A stretch of 64,000 bases of DNA from Acidimicrobiia bacterium (GTDB lineage: Bacteria; Actinomycetota; Acidimicrobiia; Spongiisociales; UBA5794), in assembly GCA_035458525.1 (NCBI GenBank), contig DATHZQ010000091.1:70201-134200 (forward strand). Direction: 5' to 3'. This document shows positions 34,851 through 43,571 of the stretch, piece after piece. Each line of letters opens with the position of its first letter. The first letter of the stretch is position 1. The notes beneath the pieces are model-generated. The model had not been told where the DNA came from. It ran no database searches and saw only the letters and a list, made by a program, of their open reading frames with translations. The position numbers were made by a program, and so were the translations under genes.

Positions 34851-35075
34851 GTGCTGGCCATCGACGGATTCCGCGAGGTCTCTGTGCTGGCGGAAGGCCC
34901 TGAATCTCGACTCGTTCGCGCCGCCAACGACGGCGGGGAGACGGTGCTCATCAAGACGACCACGCGGCCGCGCGCCAAGTCAGAGCTCATTGCTTCCCTC
35001 GAGCGGGAGTTCGAGCTCGAGAAGAGTCTCGATCACGCCGCGCTCGTAGCGCCGCTTCGGCAAACGCTCGACCGG
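34851..35075 (+). pseudogene. Possible N-terminal fragment of a protein-kinase-like/multidomain sensor gene
   Basis: IDGFREVSVLAEGPESRLVRAANDGGETVLIKTTTRPRAKSELIASLEREFELEKSLDHAALVAPLR resembles a kinase N-lobe (G-loop, VxxK, E...L.H). The frame then degenerates into Pro/Arg/Ser junk. Confidence 0.3.
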
Positions 35076-35080
35076 CCGGG

Positions 35081-35305
35081 GAGCGCCCAAACCCGTGGGT
35101 GGCCAACGTCGCCCCCGCCGGTCAGGCAACGATCGCCAACCGTGGCGAGCCCGTTGCCGTTTCCGCCCGCACGCTCGACGACGCGGAGGCGGATGCGTGG
35201 TGGCCCGCACTCGTCGAGGTGTAGCCGGCCTTCGCACAGCACTACGCCGCGACCGGGGCACGTTCGGTTTTCCTGCTCGAGCCCGATGCCGGCAACCACG
35301 GCTGA
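35081..35305 (+). pseudogene. C-terminal remnant of a deazaflavin (F420H2)-dependent nitroreductase-family gene with an in-frame TAG
   Basis: A third frame reads ERPNPWVANVAPAGQATIANRGEPVAVSARTLDDAEADAWWPALVEV*PAFAQHYAATGARSVFLLEPDAGNHG. The TAG at 35222..35224 stands where family members have Tyr. No N-terminal half is present. Confidence 0.5.
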
Positions 35306-35371
35306 GAACCCTCCCCCCAAACGCAGCACTCGACGCGTACCGTTGAGATACCTCAACCCAAGGAGGACGTG

Positions 35372-35671
35372 ATGGGATTGCGCTTCATGCGCAAGGCACA
35401 TGTTGCTCGCGGAAAAGGCGACGAGGCGATGGCATTCGCCGCGGAGATATCCGCACACTGGAAGGAGACCTACGGCACGGAATTGACGTGGGGCTTCGAG
35501 GTGGGCGGCGAATGGGGAACCCTCTACTGGTTCTCCGACCACGACAGCATGGCCAACCTCGAAGCGGAGATGATGGCCTCGATGGCCAACGAGGAGACGG
35601 GGAAGAGGCTCGCCGAGGGAGCCGATCTGTTTGAAGGAAGGACCGAGGACCGACTCATCATGACGATGTAG
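35372..35671 (+). CDS. Small hypothetical protein (99 aa)
   Basis: An AAGGAGG RBS lies 5 nt upstream of the ATG. The protein is MGLRFMRKAHVARGKGDEAMAFAAEISAHWKETYGTELTWGFEVGGEWGTLYWFSDHDSMANLEAE. It may have a dimeric alpha-beta-barrel-like fold, but this is unverified. Confidence 0.6.
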   Translation: MGLRFMRKAHVARGKGDEAMAFAAEISAHWKETYGTELTWGFEVGGEWGTLYWFSDHDSMANLEAEMMASMANEETGKRLAEGADLFEGRTEDRLIMTM

Positions 35672-35689
35672 TCGCCATCGGCTTTCATG

Positions 35690-35713
35690 GGAGGGCGCCT
35701 CCGGGCGCCCTCC
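35690..35713 (+). terminator. GC hairpin between two same-strand genes
   Basis: ggagggcgcc-tccg-ggcgccctcc gives a 10-bp perfect stem. There is no U-tract. Confidence 0.35.
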
Positions 35714-35728
35714 TGTCGCGAGCGAAGG

Positions 35729-36136
35729 ATGATGCCCATGACCGGTCAACCGCAGCCGACCGAAATGCGCCTGGTGATAACGACAAACGACTTCGACCGG
35801 CTCGTCGGCTTCTACCGGGCCGGGCTCGGGTTGGTCGTGCGGGAGTCGTTCGAGACGCACGGCCGCGGCATCGTGCTCGAAGCGGGCGTCGCCACCCTCG
35901 AGATCCTCGACGAGGAGCACGCCGCCCATGTCGACGCCGTCGAAGTCGGTGCTCCGGTGGCGGGACCATTGCGCGTCGCCTTCGAGGTGGCCGACACCGT
36001 CACAGCGTCCGCTTCCGCGGCAGCCGCCGGCGCCATGCCACTTGCACCGCCGGCGTTGACGCCATGGAGCTCGATCAACAGCAGGATGGAAACACCCGAC
36101 GGACTGCAGATGACGCTGTTCAGCAACGCGGGGTGA
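35729..36136 (+). CDS. VOC/glyoxalase-family protein
   Basis: MRLVITTNDFDRLVGFYRAGLGLVVRESFE...GIVLEAGVATLEILDEEHA...RVAFEV is a VOC beta-alpha-beta-beta-beta pattern. The start is ambiguous (35729, 35732 or 35738). Confidence 0.75.
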   Translation: MMPMTGQPQPTEMRLVITTNDFDRLVGFYRAGLGLVVRESFETHGRGIVLEAGVATLEILDEEHAAHVDAVEVGAPVAGPLRVAFEVADTVTASASAAAAGAMPLAPPALTPWSSINSRMETPDGLQMTLFSNAG

Positions 36137-36147
36137 CGGGAGACGAC

Positions 36148-37035
36148 TCAGTCGTCGTCATCGTCGCAGTCAGCTGAGACCGTGGTGCTGTACGTGCCGT
36201 GGCCCGAGTCCGGCTCGCCGCCGTGGACCCAACGGACGGTCACCGACAGCGTATGGCTCCCCGAGTCGACAACCTCGTCGGCCTTCTCCGTCTTGCCTCG
36301 CTTGACGGTCTCGCCGGAATCGAAGACGCCGCGGCTGTCACCGTCGATGACCATGGTCCAGCCCTTGTTCCAATCCTCTTTCGGGTTCGTCACCTTCCAA
36401 GTGACCTCCGCGTCGTCGCACGACACGTCGGCCGACACGATGGCGTAGAAGGCCAGGTCCGACGGAGGCTCGGTCGTCGTCGGCGGCGGCTCGGTCGTGG
36501 GAGGCGGGGGCAGCGTCGTCGTCGGCGGGGGCAGCGTCGTCGTCGGCGGCGGGACCGTGGTAGTCGGTGGTGGCGACACCGTGACGGCAGGGGGCGGGAC
36601 GGTGGTGGTTGGCGGAGGCGTCGTGGTCGTGGGAGGCGGAGGCGCGGTCGTCGTAGGCGGCGTGGTCGTGATTACGACGGTGGTCGTCGGCACGTCCTCG
36701 GCGGCGCCTCCTTCAGCCCTATCTTCCGCGTCGTCGACGAATGCCACGATCGGATCGAGCGGGGCAACCACACCGACGTCGAAGATGGGGGCTTCGTTGC
36801 GGGGCGGCTCGACGTCGCGAATGGCCCCTGCGTTGGATACGGGCAGGTCTGCGGACACACCGGCAGCCACGAAATCGAAAGCGGCAGGACCGCCGACCGG
36901 TCCAGGTTCAGGGTCGGGTGCCGTCTCGTTGGCGGCGGCAAACACCGCCGTGAGGACAAGCACCGCGACGAGCGCGATGCGGGAACGTCGGTTGACGACG
37001 TCCGCGTGGGTGTCCCGTCCGCTGATCTGCCTCAC
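36148..37035 (-). CDS. Membrane-anchored protein with a long Pro/Thr-rich spacer and a small Cys-containing C-terminal domain (unknown function)
   Basis: The GTG at 37035 is preceded by GGAGAGGGG. The TM segment is RSRIALVAVLVLTAVFAAA. The spacer consists of PPTTT repeats. The C-terminal domain reads FYAIVSADVSCDDAEVTWKVTNPKEDWNKGWTMVIDGD...SADCDDDDD. Confidence 0.65.
   Translation of the reverse strand: MRQISGRDTHADVVNRRSRIALVAVLVLTAVFAAANETAPDPEPGPVGGPAAFDFVAAGVSADLPVSNAGAIRDVEPPRNEAPIFDVGVVAPLDPIVAFVDDAEDRAEGGAAEDVPTTTVVITTTPPTTTAPPPPTTTTPPPTTTVPPPAVTVSPPPTTTVPPPTTTLPPPTTTLPPPPTTEPPPTTTEPPSDLAFYAIVSADVSCDDAEVTWKVTNPKEDWNKGWTMVIDGDSRGVFDSGETVKRGKTEKADEVVDSGSHTLSVTVRWVHGGEPDSGHGTYSTTVSADCDDDDD
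36461..36695 (-). repeat. Tandem PPPTTT(V/L)-encoding repeats
   Basis: TTTPPTTTAPPPPTTTTPPPTTTVPPPAVTVSPPPTTTVPPPTTTLPPPTTTLPPPPTTEPPPTTTEPP. At the DNA level these are imperfect 21-24-nt ggcgg/gtcgtcgt units. Confidence 0.7.
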
Positions 37036-37133
37036 CCCTCTCCCCTTCGGTGACCGCAACAGCACTGCACTATACGGCGTCGGGGCGAGCAACGGCCATC
37101 GGAGGCATGACCTATCGCGTCGAGGTCACCCCC

Positions 37134-37799
37134 TCAACCAGCGTCACCCCGTGAGAGAAGCCCCCGCTCGTACGCATTCGCAACGGCAGCGGCACGATCG
37201 TTGACGCCCAGTTTCTCGTAGATGTGCAACAGATGCGTCTTCACGGTTGCCTCGCTGATGAAGAGCTCGCGGGCAACGGACTTGTTGGTGCCGCCGCGGG
37301 CTACCAGCACGAGGACCTCCAACTCGCGCTCGCTCAGCACCCCGCGGCGAGGATGCCGGACCTGACCGAGCAGTTGACGCGCCACGAGCGGAGACAAGAC
37401 CGATTCGCCGGCGGCAGCAGCCTGGACTGCCCTTCGCAACTCGTCACGCGGGGTGTCCTTGAGGAGGTAGCCGATGGCGCCTGCTTCGATTGCCAGCAAC
37501 ACGTCGTGTTCGGTGTCATAGGTGGTCAGGATCAGTACCTGAGCTGCGAGACCGCTGGCAACGATCTCACGAGTCGCGCCCACACCGTCCATCTCGGGCA
37601 TACGCAAGTCCATGAGCACCACGTCTGGCAGGGATGCCTGTGCTCGCTCGATCGCAACACGCCCGTTCTCGGCTTCAGCGACCACATCGAAGCCGGGGTC
37701 GCCCGCAAAGATCCCGCGAATCCCGTCCCGAACAATCGGATGATCGTCGACGATCAGCAGACGAATCGGCCGAGGCTCCCCGCCGCCACCGTCACGCAT
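37134..37799 (-). CDS. NarL/LuxR-family two-component response regulator
   Basis: IRLLIVDDHPIVRDGI...DVVLMDLRMPEMDG is the receiver domain. LSERELEVLVLVARGGTNKSVARELFISEATVKTHLLHIYEKLGV is the LuxR HTH. The ATG overlaps the kinase stop (ATGCGTGA). Confidence 0.9.
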   Translation of the reverse strand: MRDGGGGEPRPIRLLIVDDHPIVRDGIRGIFAGDPGFDVVAEAENGRVAIERAQASLPDVVLMDLRMPEMDGVGATREIVASGLAAQVLILTTYDTEHDVLLAIEAGAIGYLLKDTPRDELRRAVQAAAAGESVLSPLVARQLLGQVRHPRRGVLSERELEVLVLVARGGTNKSVARELFISEATVKTHLLHIYEKLGVNDRAAAVANAYERGLLSRGDAG

Positions 37800-39102
37800 G
37801 CGCTGCAGCAACGAGTTCGGTCGGGATGTTGATCGAAAGCGCAGTTCCTTCGAGCGGAGCGGACTCGATCTCGAGCGAGCCACCCGCTCGTTCGATCCGC
37901 TGCGCCATGCCGGCGAGGCCATAGCTCTGGGCCGCCGGCAAGCCGGAAGGGTCGAAGCCCGCACCGTCGTCGCGGACGTCGAGGCTCACCGAACCGGACA
38001 AGAACGTCAGCGTGACCCCGGCCCGTGACGCTGCGGCGTGCTTGGCGGTGTTGGCGAGGGCCTCCTGCGCCGCCCTCAGCAGAGCCACTTCGACGTGAGG
38101 CGCCAGTGGGCGTGTTTCGCCGACGATCCGCATGCTCGCTGCCACCCCGGAAACCGACGACCACCTATCCGTGACCTCGGAGAGCGCATCCGGCAAGCGA
38201 CTGCGATCGAGGGGGCCGGGTCGGATCGCCTGCACCGATCGCCTCGCTTCAGCGAGACTCGAACGAGCCAGGCCGGCCGCGTTGGCGAGATGCCTCCGCA
38301 TCTCGGCTTCGTCGTTCCACGACTGCTGCGCCGCCTCCAGCTGCGTGATGACGCCGGTGAGCCCTTGGGCGATGGTGTCGTGGATCTCACGAGCCATGCG
38401 CTGGCGCTCGTCGAGCACGCCGGCTTCTCTCGCTTGCGCCACGAGCTGGTCGTGGAGTCCGGCATTCTCCTCCATCGCGAGCTCCAGCTGCTCGAGGGCG
38501 GCTCGCCGCTCCTCCGCGATCCCCGCTATCCGCTCCCCGCCGTAGAGCCCAAAGCCGACCGCGAACGTCTGCACCAGGACGACACCGGCGTAGATCGACC
38601 AGCTCGCCAGGGTGCTCTCGGTGACGACGATGTTCGAGTGCACCACGAGCGCCGTTGCACCAAGACCGAGAAACGCCAGCGGCCAAGGCCGCAGCAACGC
38701 GGCATGGAAGAAGCCGGTGATGCCGTAAGCGAGAAACACGGCCTGCTGCATCACGAGAGCCGCAGCGATGACCACGAATCCGCCGAAGTAGAGACGGACC
38801 ATCGCCTGCGGCACCCGGGTGGGAGCAGCGAGCCTGGTGAACGTCACCCAGGTCCACACCGCGGCGACTCCAACCAGAGCCGGGACGAGCACCCGATTGG
38901 TCTCTGCATCGGAGCTGACCACCCCGAGCACCGCAGACCCTGCGAGCGTGACGTAGGGGACCCAGGCGAAGAAGGAGTCGACCCTTCGTTCCCACGACGT
39001 CGGCGCCGAAAGCGTCATGGTCTCGGTGGTCACTTGCGCCACGTGCATCAAGGCTCCTGAGGTGGTACCGGCACCCGCAGCCGGCACCACCCGATCGTAC
39101 AA
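37792..39102 (-). CDS. Sensor histidine kinase (HisKA_3 / DesK-NarX type) with a multi-TM N-terminal sensor
   Basis: ERQRMAREIHDTIAQGLTGV is the H-box. LLRAAQEALANTAKHAAAS...DDGAGFDP...YGLAGMAQRIERAGGSLEIES is the ATPase domain. There are 5-6 predicted TM helices. The start could be 39102, 39048 or 39018. Confidence 0.85.
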   Translation of the reverse strand: MYDRVVPAAGAGTTSGALMHVAQVTTETMTLSAPTSWERRVDSFFAWVPYVTLAGSAVLGVVSSDAETNRVLVPALVGVAAVWTWVTFTRLAAPTRVPQAMVRLYFGGFVVIAAALVMQQAVFLAYGITGFFHAALLRPWPLAFLGLGATALVVHSNIVVTESTLASWSIYAGVVLVQTFAVGFGLYGGERIAGIAEERRAALEQLELAMEENAGLHDQLVAQAREAGVLDERQRMAREIHDTIAQGLTGVITQLEAAQQSWNDEAEMRRHLANAAGLARSSLAEARRSVQAIRPGPLDRSRLPDALSEVTDRWSSVSGVAASMRIVGETRPLAPHVEVALLRAAQEALANTAKHAAASRAGVTLTFLSGSVSLDVRDDGAGFDPSGLPAAQSYGLAGMAQRIERAGGSLEIESAPLEGTALSINIPTELVAAAHA

Positions 39103-39181
39103 GTCCGGTTCCGTGAGCTCCTACGGCCGGTTGGCGGAATGTACGAGCCAACTGGGGATTGGTCCGAAGCCACGAGCAGGC

Positions 39182-39925
39182 TCACTCCCAGCGGAACCCG
39201 CGTACGGCGACCAACCCCACGACCAGGGCATACGCCAGCATGACCGTGAGGTTCAGCAGGCTTGGAGTGGCGCCGAACCACGAGTCTTCCAGCGCCTGAA
39301 CCGCAGAGCCGAGCGGGGTGAGGTCACTCACCGCCAGCAGCCCGTCGGGCATCACCGAGCGGGGAATCCACACGCCGGCGAAGAACAGCATCGGGAAGTA
39401 GATCGCCATCCCGATCGCCTGCCCCGACACCTGGGTGCTCGCCCGCGCTCCGACGAGCAGCCCGATTGCGAAGATCGAGGCCGCGGCGAGCAGGAACGAC
39501 AGGAGGAACCACAATGGGCTCTCCGGCACCGGCACATCGAACGCGGTCACGACCACACCGATGGCGAGCGCCGCAGCTGCGACGGCGACGGCCACGTGGA
39601 CGATGAGCTGCGCCGAAAGCAACCGGACCGGGTGCACCGGTGTCGTACGCAGCCGTCGCAGAATCCCAAACTGCCGATACGCACCGAAGATGGGCGGCAT
39701 CGTGACGAGGCCGAGGGTGGCCAGGCCAAGTACGAGGGCGATCGGCGCATAGACGTCGATGTAGCGCTTGCCGTCGAGATCGGCCGACGGCTCATCGAAT
39801 CCCGGGTAGAGGTATCCAAGCGCGAATAGCAGCACCGCTGGGAAGACGAGGCCAAAGAAGAGGGCGATCGGGTCCCGAACGAAGAGCTTGCTCTCGGTCT
39901 TGGTGAGTTGCAGGGTGGCAGCCAT
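39182..39925 (-). CDS. ABC-2-type exporter permease
   Basis: MAATLQLTKTESKLFVRDPIALFFGLVFPAVLLF... has six hydrophobic segments. The ATG overlaps the ATPase TGA (TGATG). Confidence 0.85.
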   Translation of the reverse strand: MAATLQLTKTESKLFVRDPIALFFGLVFPAVLLFALGYLYPGFDEPSADLDGKRYIDVYAPIALVLGLATLGLVTMPPIFGAYRQFGILRRLRTTPVHPVRLLSAQLIVHVAVAVAAAALAIGVVVTAFDVPVPESPLWFLLSFLLAAASIFAIGLLVGARASTQVSGQAIGMAIYFPMLFFAGVWIPRSVMPDGLLAVSDLTPLGSAVQALEDSWFGATPSLLNLTVMLAYALVVGLVAVRGFRWE

Positions 39926-40857
39926 CAGCGATCCTCCCGACCGCTCGTCGAGAACCCCGACCCACTGCCGGTGAGGGCCAGGTAGGCATCCTCGAGGGTG
40001 TGTTGTTCGATGCGGAGGTCTTCGGCAATCACCCGCCGTTGCGCCAGCAACGCCGTCACGGCATGGACGACGTTTCCCGTTCCGGCAACCTCGAGCTGCT
40101 GCCCGTGGTGGGCCACCGACGCCACCTCCGGCAGTGCCGTGAGCAGTCCGTCGTCGATGGCCACCGAGGGCCGGAACCGGAGCACTTGGCGTGAGCCGAT
40201 GCGATCGACGAGACCTGCCGGGGTGTCGATCGCCACGACCCGGCCACCGTCGACGACCATGATCCGGTCGCAGAGGCGTTCGGCTTCCTCCATGAAATGC
40301 GTGACCAGGACGACGGTCACGCCACCCGCTCTGATCTCCTCGATCGTTTCCCACGTCGACCGGCGGGCCGCTGGATCGAGGCCAGTCGTCAGCTCATCGA
40401 GCACGGCGACCTCCGGTGACCCGACCAATGCCAGCGCCACCGACAGCCGCTGCTTCTGGCCCCCGGACAGGTCGCTGTATCTCGTGTCAGCCTTCCCCGC
40501 CAGGCCGAGCCGCTCGATCAGCTGCGGCCAGTCCGCCGGATTGCGATAGAACGACGCATACAGCTCCAAAGCCTCGCTGACCTTGATACGGTCTTGGAGC
40601 CGGCTCTCCTGGAGCTGCGCTCCGAGCCGCTCGGTGATCTCGTAGCGATCCTCGATCGGGTGGAGACCAAGGACCCGAATCGATCCGCCGTCCGGCACCC
40701 GCAGGCCTTCAACAGACTCCACCGTGGTCGTCTTGCCTGCACCGTTCGGACCTACGATCCCGAAGATCTCGCCCTCGTCCACGGTGAAGGAAATGCCATC
40801 GACCACGTTCACGCCGTCGTAGGTCTTCACCAGATTCTCGACCTCGATGACCGGCAT
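39925..40857 (-). CDS. ABC transporter ATP-binding protein (DrrA-like)
   Basis: An AAGGAG RBS precedes the start. GPNGAGKTTT is Walker A, LSGGQKQRLSVALAL is the signature motif, and VLDELTTGLD is Walker B. Confidence 0.9.
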   Translation of the reverse strand: MPVIEVENLVKTYDGVNVVDGISFTVDEGEIFGIVGPNGAGKTTTVESVEGLRVPDGGSIRVLGLHPIEDRYEITERLGAQLQESRLQDRIKVSEALELYASFYRNPADWPQLIERLGLAGKADTRYSDLSGGQKQRLSVALALVGSPEVAVLDELTTGLDPAARRSTWETIEEIRAGGVTVVLVTHFMEEAERLCDRIMVVDGGRVVAIDTPAGLVDRIGSRQVLRFRPSVAIDDGLLTALPEVASVAHHGQQLEVAGTGNVVHAVTALLAQRRVIAEDLRIEQHTLEDAYLALTGSGSGFSTSGREDR

Positions 40858-40957
40858 CGCTGCTCCTTCCAACGCCGTTCTCCACAGCGTCTCGGAAAGG
40901 CGCGCGGCCCGGTATCCCCTACGCGGCTCCTCGTTGCGCTCCGGTGGATGACACGGC

Positions 40958-40977
40958 CATCAACCGATCGGTTGATG
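40958..40977. promoter_or_regulatory. Perfect 20-bp palindrome in the divergent promoter region of the ABC/TCS operon and the 2TM gene
   Basis: catcaaccga|tcggttgatg lies 101 nt upstream of the ABC ATPase start and 82 nt upstream of the 2TM gene start. Confidence 0.5.
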
Positions 40978-41058
40978 CCGAAAAAGCGACCGTTGGCCGA
41001 CTAGACGGTACCGAGCGAACGGCGGATGATGCCGCGAGAACTCGATGAGGAGGTACGC

Positions 41059-41358
41059 ATGACGCACCCCAACGACAGCACCCCCGAGGACCGCGCCCGC
41101 AGTCGCGTGAAGAGCTTCAGCGATGTGATGTGGCACGCCGCGACGTTCCTGATCGTCAACGGATTCTTGTGGTCGCTCGACATCGTCCAGGGCGACGGCG
41201 TCAACTGGGCATTCTGGGTGACGATCACCTGGGGCATCGGCCTCGCGTTCCACATCGCCTCGTACTTCCTGGACGAGAACGGCCTCCAGAATCGCCGGTA
41301 CCAGCGCTTCCTCGACGAGGAGCGGGCGCGAGACGCAGGTTCGCCGACTGGCGCGTAG
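41059..41358 (+). CDS. 2TM-domain membrane protein
   Basis: A GAGGAGG RBS precedes the start. VMWHAATFLIVNGFLWSLDIV..GVNWAFWVTITWGIGLAFHIASYF is the typical 2TM-domain pattern. Confidence 0.7.
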   Translation: MTHPNDSTPEDRARSRVKSFSDVMWHAATFLIVNGFLWSLDIVQGDGVNWAFWVTITWGIGLAFHIASYFLDENGLQNRRYQRFLDEERARDAGSPTGA

Positions 41359-41359
41359 G

Positions 41360-41662
41360 TCAGCGACTCGCCCGATGCGCCCCGGCGCCGCCGCCGCCCA
41401 ATGACATCGAGGCACCGAAGACGAAGCCGAAGTCGTACCAGCCTCCGCTGTTGTGGACCTCGTAGACGCTCACCGATTCGGTGAACAACGACACGACAAA
41501 CGTGATGGGCACGATGAGCCCGTGCCACAACCCCATGAAGAATCCGGCAACGTCCCCATCCTGTGCAGGCACGTCCACGGCCGGGTTGGCCCCGGGTGCG
41601 CACGCAGTGAGCAACAGCATGAGCGCCAACGCAATCGTGCCCACGCGGAGATACTTCGCCAT
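41360..41662 (-). CDS. Small lipoprotein/membrane protein (100 aa)
   Basis: A GAGGGAGG RBS precedes MAKYLRVGTIALALMLLLTAC (lipobox). A hydrophobic segment GFFMGLWHGLIVPITFVVSLF follows. The rest of track ORF 41360..42214 is a shadow of the ligase gene. Confidence 0.6.
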   Translation of the reverse strand: MAKYLRVGTIALALMLLLTACAPGANPAVDVPAQDGDVAGFFMGLWHGLIVPITFVVSLFTESVSVYEVHNSGGWYDFGFVFGASMSLGGGGAGAHRASR

Positions 41663-41711
41663 GTTCCTCCCTCGGCTCGCCCTCACGCTACCTGGATCAA
41701 CAGGACAAAGC

Positions 41712-43487
41712 TCAACTCGCACCCAACTCCTCGAGTAACGCTGCCTGCTCCCGGACGGTCGCCGCCCGGTAGAACGCCAGCAGTGGCAGCTCGATTCCAA
41801 ACTCGTCTTCCATCGCAACTGCCAGCGCCGTCGCCGACAACGAGTCGCCCCCTGATTCGAGGAACGGCTCGTCGGTCCCGACGTCGTCGAGCTCGAGGGT
41901 GGCCTGCCAAATCCGCTGGACCCGAGCCAGGACCGACTCGTCGGGGGAAGCTGCAGGTTCGGACCTGACTCCTGTGACGCCGAGCCGCTCGGCGAGACCG
42001 ATGCGCTGCAGCTTCCCGGTGGGGCCCTTGGGCACCTCTTCCACGATGACGATCCGCTTCGGAACCTTGGCGAGCGTGAGCGACACAGCCGCCAGGTCCT
42101 GCAACTCCCGTTCGTCGAGCGAAGCGCCGTCCTCGAGGACCACTGCAGCAGCCACTTCCTCGCCCAGCGCATGATCGGGGACGGCGAAGGCGACCGCTTG
42201 GCGCACACCGTCAACCGCCAGCAGCACCTCGTCGATCTCCCGGGGAGCGATCGTTTCGCCGCCGCGATTGATGATCTCTTTCAACCGCCCGGTCAGGAAC
42301 AGGTAGCCGTCGTCGTCGAGGTAGCCCTGATCACCCGTGCGGAACCAGCCGCCCGGGTGAAAGTGCTGCGACCGGTCGTCGAGCCCGTGGTACCCGGCCG
42401 TCACGTTGGCCCCGCGGATCACGACTTCGCCAACCGCACCTGCCCCGAGAGTGGCACCATCTTCATCGGCGATCGCCAGCTCCGGGCCGGCGGCGGGCCC
42501 GACCGATCCCGGCTTGCGTAAGCCGGGCGGCAGCGGGTTGCTCGCCATCTGATGGGCAGCCTCGGTCATGCCGTAGGACTCGATCACCGGCACTCCCAGC
42601 GCCCCTTCGAGACCATGGATGATCGACGGCGCCAGCGATGCTGAAGAGGACCGTGCCAGACGCAGCCGAGCCGTCGCCGAATCGAACTCGCCGGTCCGGG
42701 CCCGCTCCAGGATCGCCTGGTGCATCGTCGGCACCGCCGTGTACCACGAAGCCGACGACTCGGTCAGCCATCGGAAGAATGCAGGTGCGCTGAAGCCAGG
42801 GGAGCACACGACCGACGCACCTGCCGACATCGTTGCCAGCAACGCGGCGACCAGGCCGTGGATGTGAAACAGTGGCATGACGTTGAGGCAACAGTCACTC
42901 GGGGTCAACCGCAGCGTTGTCGCCACGTTGGCCGCAGAGACACACAAGTTGGCGTGCGAGAGGGGCACGATCTTCGGGCGCGCCGTCGTCCCCGACGTAT
43001 GGAGCACCAGGGCAATGTCGGCCGGCGCCGGCGATGGAGCTGCGACGCCACCCGTCGTCGTCCCGTCAAGAGTGAAGGCGGCGGCTCCTTCGGCGCCCGG
43101 CCGCAGATACATCACGGGGATCCCGAGTCGCGCTGCAGCCCCGACACTGGGCGAGTCATCCCCGTGCGCCACGATCAGCGCCTTGGCATCGAGGTCGGAC
43201 AGGTAGAACTCGAACTCGCTCGACGTGAGGCGTGGGTTGAGTGGTGCCGCAGTGGCGACATCGGCCACGGCCAAGAAGGCGGCAGCGAGGTGCGGTCCGT
43301 TCGGGAGCACGACGGCGATACGGTCGCCCCGCGTGATGCCAGAAGCCGTGAGATCCGACCCCCGGCCTTGCACCAACTCGGCGAGCGCGCTGTAGCTCGC
43401 GACGTCACCGGCGACACTCGCCAAGGCGACCGCTTCCGGCGTATCCGTCGCCCACTGGGCGATGACATGGCGCAGCGTCGATTCCAT
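41712..43487 (-). CDS. AMP-dependent acyl-CoA/acyl-carrier ligase (oxalate-CoA-ligase/AAE3-like adenylation domain) fused to a C-terminal carrier-protein domain
   Basis: LHTSGTTARPKIV, YGMTEA, GWFRTGDQGYLDDDGYLFLTGRLKEIINRGGETI and PKGPTGK are adenylation motifs. FLESGGDSLSATALAVAMEDEFGIELP is a phosphopantetheine attachment site. Start at Met178 of track ORF 41712..44018. Confidence 0.85.
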   Translation of the reverse strand: MESTLRHVIAQWATDTPEAVALASVAGDVASYSALAELVQGRGSDLTASGITRGDRIAVVLPNGPHLAAAFLAVADVATAAPLNPRLTSSEFEFYLSDLDAKALIVAHGDDSPSVGAAARLGIPVMYLRPGAEGAAAFTLDGTTTGGVAAPSPAPADIALVLHTSGTTARPKIVPLSHANLCVSAANVATTLRLTPSDCCLNVMPLFHIHGLVAALLATMSAGASVVCSPGFSAPAFFRWLTESSASWYTAVPTMHQAILERARTGEFDSATARLRLARSSSASLAPSIIHGLEGALGVPVIESYGMTEAAHQMASNPLPPGLRKPGSVGPAAGPELAIADEDGATLGAGAVGEVVIRGANVTAGYHGLDDRSQHFHPGGWFRTGDQGYLDDDGYLFLTGRLKEIINRGGETIAPREIDEVLLAVDGVRQAVAFAVPDHALGEEVAAAVVLEDGASLDERELQDLAAVSLTLAKVPKRIVIVEEVPKGPTGKLQRIGLAERLGVTGVRSEPAASPDESVLARVQRIWQATLELDDVGTDEPFLESGGDSLSATALAVAMEDEFGIELPLLAFYRAATVREQAALLEELGAS

Positions 43488-43571
43488 ACGGGCCCCCGGC
43501 TCCTGGCAATATCGGATGCTATACCATCGAATGTGGTGGAGTTGTCGCCGGACCAAAGGGGGGTACGGACC

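Noticed and set aside
36461-36695. Tandem short repeats as a possible CRISPR or VNTR array; the same question applies to 2035..3891 and 6329..6457
   Set aside because: All three are in-frame coding repeats (PPPTTT linker, Ig-like domain repeats, Thr-rich linker). There is no repeat-spacer periodicity and there are no cas genes.
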